A stretch of 19,532 bases of DNA, taken from contig JBHLLF010000047.1 of NCBI GenBank assembly GCA_048885865.1, forward strand, positions 1 to 19,532, given 5' to 3'. The notes under the pieces are model-generated. The model was not told the DNA's origin and did not search any database. It saw only the letters and a list, made by a program, of their open reading frames with translations. Source of the stretch: Candidatus Hermodarchaeota archaeon (GTDB lineage Archaea > Asgardarchaeota > Thorarchaeia > Thorarchaeales > Thorarchaeaceae). Shown in pieces: positions 19,201 through 19,532 of this stretch. A program made the position numbers and the translations under genes. Position 1 is the first letter of the stretch. Each line of letters begins with the position of its first letter.

Positions 19201-19532
19201 GTCAGAGAAGTCATCATGCAAGAGGCAGTTCGCGCCGCTCGAAGAGAAGGCAAGACACCCGAAGAGATCATTGAGCAGGTAAGAATGGAAGCTCTCCGCA
19301 GGGTTGGTGGCGAAGAAGGTGTTATCGATGCGGGTCTGGCTGTCAAAGAAATGGAGGAAGAGTCCGTGCGAATAGTGGCTGAAGAGAAGCCTAAGAAGGA
19401 GGTCGGACCTGATGTTGCTCCCCCAGAGGAGGAACCGTCTGCTCCTGGCGACAAGCTCAGTCAATTTGAGCTAGAGGAACTTCGAAAGGAGCTAGAATCT
19501 CGAGGCGTGCCTCCACATGAGATCGACACCAT
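7282..19532 (+). CDS. Giant (>=4,080 aa) single-pass cell-surface protein with 2x DUF2341+LamG, about 22 Ig-like repeats, a TM helix and a cytoplasmic domain; 3'-truncated by the window
   Basis: Frame +1 is open from the stop at 7156-7158 to the window end: I saw no stop in the parts I translated, and the track lists no terminated frame-1 ORF there. Signal peptide MPLRKGSFLAIFLVLLFVAPA; DUF2341 and LamG motifs; Ig-like repeats; TM YGFYLIPLSIVMMMLLGAYV followed by basic RVWSVPKRIRQ. Start may be ATG 7282 or TTG 7288 (ATG 7255 is also in frame). Confidence 0.92.
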   Translation, partial: MPLRKGSFLAIFLVLLFVAPANNGHSPLVNPASTYSPYENDGDTPFSYLAGDSMSGSGDPLSTYVSGILENSTAAQIDSSTSATSSLSVPNGYTGTSLDVDVDSLSMTVTDNLRNPSFTTWHDERWHVGNSINFYDDIIDVPDSWTLVKSVNYDDAHPLHGDWELNDYSGGYGGSRAWRFEATIGSSDPLTPDDAIYLSQFLHAPWRDLYEIRISFYYYVLSTSDMYDQVHLFFKLGDLAEEKFNVFEFGDTTDTWIRETVTYTSADLSSVTVPDSLLFNIGLATDVSGPLGTYREAFVYIDEVEIEMDVRPYPEQIGLSANNTAVVGSIAGNFSTFVPDNDGRDCWDYSTQGIDLDGYNNDGRPEFGLWGTFWNTSSPYELGLQFPLDIPKGAVIENAYVEIQSAGGSGVVQGRVHLSSEMAGGGAIESFTYYDLIGGYHLEDTYTWLAASYDWQLSAWTNGVRYATPDIAPLLQNVVSSADWSSGQYVAFMVSYMWSTYYQYYNNIRGSIYDTNDADDNARLYVSYRVPLAEDVVLVDREEARRTLKYKKDITVDYTKVAADLTDFPLLIDIIDTDLHTDVFPGGDDIAFMVDGQFVEHEIEFFDQNYSPTEAHLVAWVKVPFLSSSTDTIITMLYGGSDARSLETKGVFADYEIVHHMNEAPNGTLVDSSGNLHYGYSIGGMTDTQSVAGAIGSSINFDGSDDAITVGQIDTDEWPSFTVTGWVSQDVVGDDRIFSKAPNTDGTQAIIHFAINGATAFRVRMNTDGTGGGASGSVDATTLTTPGNWVYLAWSWSAATASMRLYVNGTFDRSVARDGDTVLDSILPFVIGNWQTGPYDNRFFDGKIDEIRMTQMVLSDGWIETEFNNQLDPSTFYSVGSEQSNAATPDVTYASVQFTTGSSIPVNLGFTLALDFEGFGKSLDENFNEGTTFHAVNGSSTVSWIAKVLVSPLPNVAKMEVQISYPMTEWRPTSVTNPIGVSKSYPADWTYTGGVLTLLPAAVDVYGVWTLEFEGLNYLSDLQLGVFGGSLSSTAEFQTNHTMQFEGTSLWHAGSATQLYLTDPTGSAWSTPITHPTAGSDTHEIPSFQYSKAITIDNTKVYDDVVNFPFLLDFTDANVDDRAQADGDDILFVQNGVVIPHDLVEYTVAAGSAHIVAWVRGNLSNFVDTDITMYYGNSIVGPQEQPSAVWGEEYVGVYHLEESPTGAKGEILDSTTYGNDGTTEGSMNSADLVDAMFGKGLDFDEIDDLIRLKDDASLDTVATAGTIQLWIWWANAADGEWQNIMDTSNRFNGNPNDGFEWAQQNDGDHFFYPWAGVGSDYNLGTNPFTNQQWHHLAVTLNYATKEVKMYVDGSAITLTIQQAPVFWTQIANPGDWLWGGDPDQPLRYFDGMFDEIRIANVERSAGWLFTEFVNQDNPTAFYNNIGSEQPRQIYNSTFVKALDNTAAAGVWTATAFFNDSGSAVDYSVGIYEREFIVKHDTSLTLQEPSDAVGDRLTVTTAGEWIYVEYELTDDITAAGVPDATVTLNWTVSGAPTQITLDDFGTGTYGKMLNTNNLRTAQRWRVNLQSTHQFYNDATEYFNVDLYHQTNLNYGDVTTTPADVDFTATLTFTDIYDGSPIVGAEITLDGSPVTHIDLGQGKYSVSIPTGALSLGQHWYIFNATLSGSYLEMASVNITFTLRQHFTSVNIQGDLVQPYGFNTQFDVILLDLDTGGTVPLSAVSQFSFDPASYGIQTRPGTSYSITLTTNTWDVGTESVTLTITMANIKYATPQAYSFDITIRLRHTSVSVSGSFVQPYGNLTPLSVYLWDHDALEVVPIGEVSTLMFMWPPSDSETFNSPSSYDVVLDSSNWDVGKTTVTLVVNVVTSGKYLNPTNFVFNIEIRSRSTVLYHDPSDLVFAEGSDFWIDLRVNVSEPGTSFGSPVTGLTQGEFSITGGYLFTIDTTENGIGRYRLTIPYSELGPGIFTITIYLFPSDASHGDAQVTVRFFYAEVQTSLTSPTHPQVTTPFATDVQITLNYTDIESGLGIPGATITNTSINIYGLVDQGTGIYTLWLDVTGLAEGTHAFSLGAVKNGYEARSLSFTVRIRIAYTYAIPSIGALDIPIGNSPVFYVDYWDIDHDVPVDNSSAPYTRVLSTWHNFSVVYIPAQERYQITFKTSDSDSLQSNTVCTFNFSRGSNYQFGIFTITFSIRTHNTDFRLTSAIQPTSNVGTINISVYYGDLDNNFGVDSVNIAFSVENVSGTVVSSSLSLGGGFYVIQVAADQFGLGVQTFTVYADWMGPFAKYQNKNFATTASIVGLESAYTLYEASAPTPYLEIMSYKFFYSELSGIGIDNLTGNVFVYVSFQGESVDLSQVAIFDYSLTQPGNYSIQFNTSIFDRTGIINMNVFVNWSKGVAPFYQNRTDIVTLRVLPRDTLVSVVPPSPTSYLEMASFAFNYEDIAGVTSSLIYDSPSLTISSNVTFSVSETDGTFTFEFNTSQFGALGKRALLLDVIWAGSPFYLNRTGIIVYITVVERQTFLEYLAPAPTQYNDNVQFNVTWTDITGGASDGIIGATLALFQGATPINPIYYSWLDIGGGIYSVDLSASYNPPGQYSLRVEMSIGLFYISDSTVNRQFTIRERITLLSAEPVRDVPYSSDVEIILYYQDLFTTSSISNVTGAVTFEILNPGIWNFVISYNSVNQYYQLSVTTSDHPELLIGVTYTFNLRMTYDSIAPYYASDGLFVDYEIRIRESTIELDTAPTSTAYDNDASFAVYYEDADALSGIAGADISVYLNGTQLIENTEYTMSEGSAGLYLFDVDTGALAGLGLNTLVVYANWLGTPYHENLTISVGIVVRERSTIIEFTQPPARTEYLDDVTFKFVYKDLDTGTAGGTPVLGLTKTEVRLYYENGTEIPSPYFSLTPDGSAYEIVVSSAILSAVLDNAYSLRVDVDWDIGTAPYYEDDSTTLRVTVVGRSMFVDPATIETTPITGPGDTETMFVNFTVSDASNGNPISGAIIVFTCVEQPIFIYALDEPQAGQYSIEVDTASLTVVYGPNTYHFELRVQWNPSISPYYSNRSAIVLTGIVDRVLTNLQAGAPNPAAPYFGQNVSLIVTYTDEDHSSIGINFATISVVYDKTGIPVLGLDVVGIGSGEYNITFNTGDVSSPGSYVLRITAMKTGYTSLVVRPTITVQEIPTRLDLHEISYPVYWRNTTKIGVNFTDTFNNLPIFGANVYWSYKNFTNQPFTDMGTGEYYADIDANIDNIGTWVLTIRATQSTYQIATATITLVVLPLPSDLQIREPTEAVKDVPRGDPVNITVYLHDVFNNLAIEKEYVDRVYILFQGSQYEMYEHSNGSAGYYQGFIPGAITGVLTPRAYDVRVTAQFRNYELAVSQFGIYIQQTTTVVQIWDHDLSEFTDGTIFIEAVYLEEVNFTLQVTAPSLAFRINESFVNWFESRWSINYTFTFKGNGIFELMFNTSEASYGTWGLTFTSIPDDKFFAEDALLVTLVIKKIPTEVLPPIMTERIWGWKGNLSFYYNDTHYNRGIRNATVTYDYYTIQGLQGIDLGNGSYLIYIDTTILIPSPNLRYPILIVFDHEGDYESRTIGVQLTVLEVPTEILTSITGATGGFIQEVRGVRYYELQVAFGGDIDFEFFYNDTDNSDGYVGGLAGSSTNLTELYGDNMDAVVPFLTDIGDGRYTYAFSTMSIWLFNRIGGIPGASPDNPYTFRISLWIANRTYRTVEIKIRIIEVPTSIDVVDFNFDIGYGSEGHITLQYWDEWNNLPITGANLTANTLNRFVEITATAEDSTPGQYTIRFIGSAGLLDIFRQEQEATIVFDIYKDNHQLRSEIDLDISLIAHVSLTPMEAAISTYGFYLIPLSIVMMMLLGAYVRVWSVPKRIRQINGQIKAIRKGKIPKPISDVLSRQELIAGLFNDTYLELKLKRTPSQMPEESIDIAVPEMGELLIQLAILTNLSAEELEEFQADISKMRMSEQAAFVREVIMQEAVRAARREGKTPEEIIEQVRMEALRRVGGEEGVIDAGLAVKEMEEESVRIVAEEKPKKEVGPDVAPPEEEPSAPGDKLSQFELEELRKELESRGVPPHEIDT
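8926..9930 (+). other. DUF2341 + LamG (concanavalin A-like) cassette 1 within the giant CDS
   Basis: KYKKDITVDYTKV..DLTDFPLLID...GDDIAF...HEIEFF...AWVKVPFLSS..DTIITMLYG (DUF2341), then HHMNE..DSSGN..INFDGSDD..FTVTGWV..WVYLAWSW..LYVNG..FDGKIDEIR..WIETEFNNQ (LamG). Confidence 0.85.
10546..11565 (+). other. DUF2341 + LamG cassette 2 within the giant CDS
   Basis: FQYSKAITIDNTKV..NFPFLLD...DGDDILF...AWVR..DITMYYGN, then GVYHLEE..LDFD..TIQLWI..WHHLAVT..MYVDG..FDGMFDEIRIANVERSAGWLFTEFVNQ. Confidence 0.85.
11713..18795 (+). repeat. About 22 tandem, diverged Ig-like beta-sandwich repeats (about 95-135 aa each) within the giant CDS
   Basis: Recurring protein pattern R/P-x-T-x-L...PY...F-x-V-x-Y-x-D-x-D...I-x-GA...G-x-G-x-Y...T..L..G. 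Repeat starts counted by eye near 11713, 12040, 12322, 12622, 12928, 13252, 13540, 13852, 14170, 14515, 14821, 15136, 15466, 15787, 16138, 16477, 16795, 17089, 17413, 17749, 18052 and 18460. Confidence 0.75.
18823..18882 (+). other. Transmembrane helix of the giant protein
   Basis: 20 uncharged residues (YGFYLIPLSIVMMMLLGAYV) followed by R/K-rich sequence, consistent with the positive-inside rule. Confidence 0.85.

Noticed and set aside
7597-19464. Many short ORFs (60-137 aa) in the track on both strands across the giant gene
   Set aside because: They are shadow frames of the single frame-1 CDS, with no recognisable motifs.
1-19532. CRISPR arrays, tRNA/rRNA genes, IS elements, inteins or diversity-generating retroelement repeats
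   Set aside because: By eye I found no regularly spaced DNA repeats, cloverleaf motifs, transposase or RT genes, intein splice motifs, or near-identical TR/VR pairs.

Overview
Archaeal chromosomal window, most likely from an Asgard archaeon (Thorarchaeia-like). The archaeal call rests on an HMf-type histone with a TATA-box promoter and a CxxC-type ThiI; the Asgard call is my recollection of similar giant membrane proteins, not a database result. On the minus strand, a tandem-GNAT acetyltransferase precedes hydantoinase/5-oxoprolinase subunits A and B; B runs off the left edge and is missing from the ORF track. On the plus strand are thiI, a histone, a DUF2334/CE4-type deacetylase, and one uninterrupted frame of at least 4,080 codons (7282 to beyond 19532) that the ORF track missed because it has no stop in the window. 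This giant gene encodes a type I single-pass membrane protein: signal peptide, two carbohydrate-binding-like beta-sandwich domains, two DUF2341+LamG cassettes, about 22 Ig-like repeats, one TM helix, and a helical cytoplasmic domain of at least 216 aa with no family I recognise. This adhesion-receptor-like protein is the main candidate for an undescribed system. No RNA genes, CRISPR arrays or mobile elements were seen.
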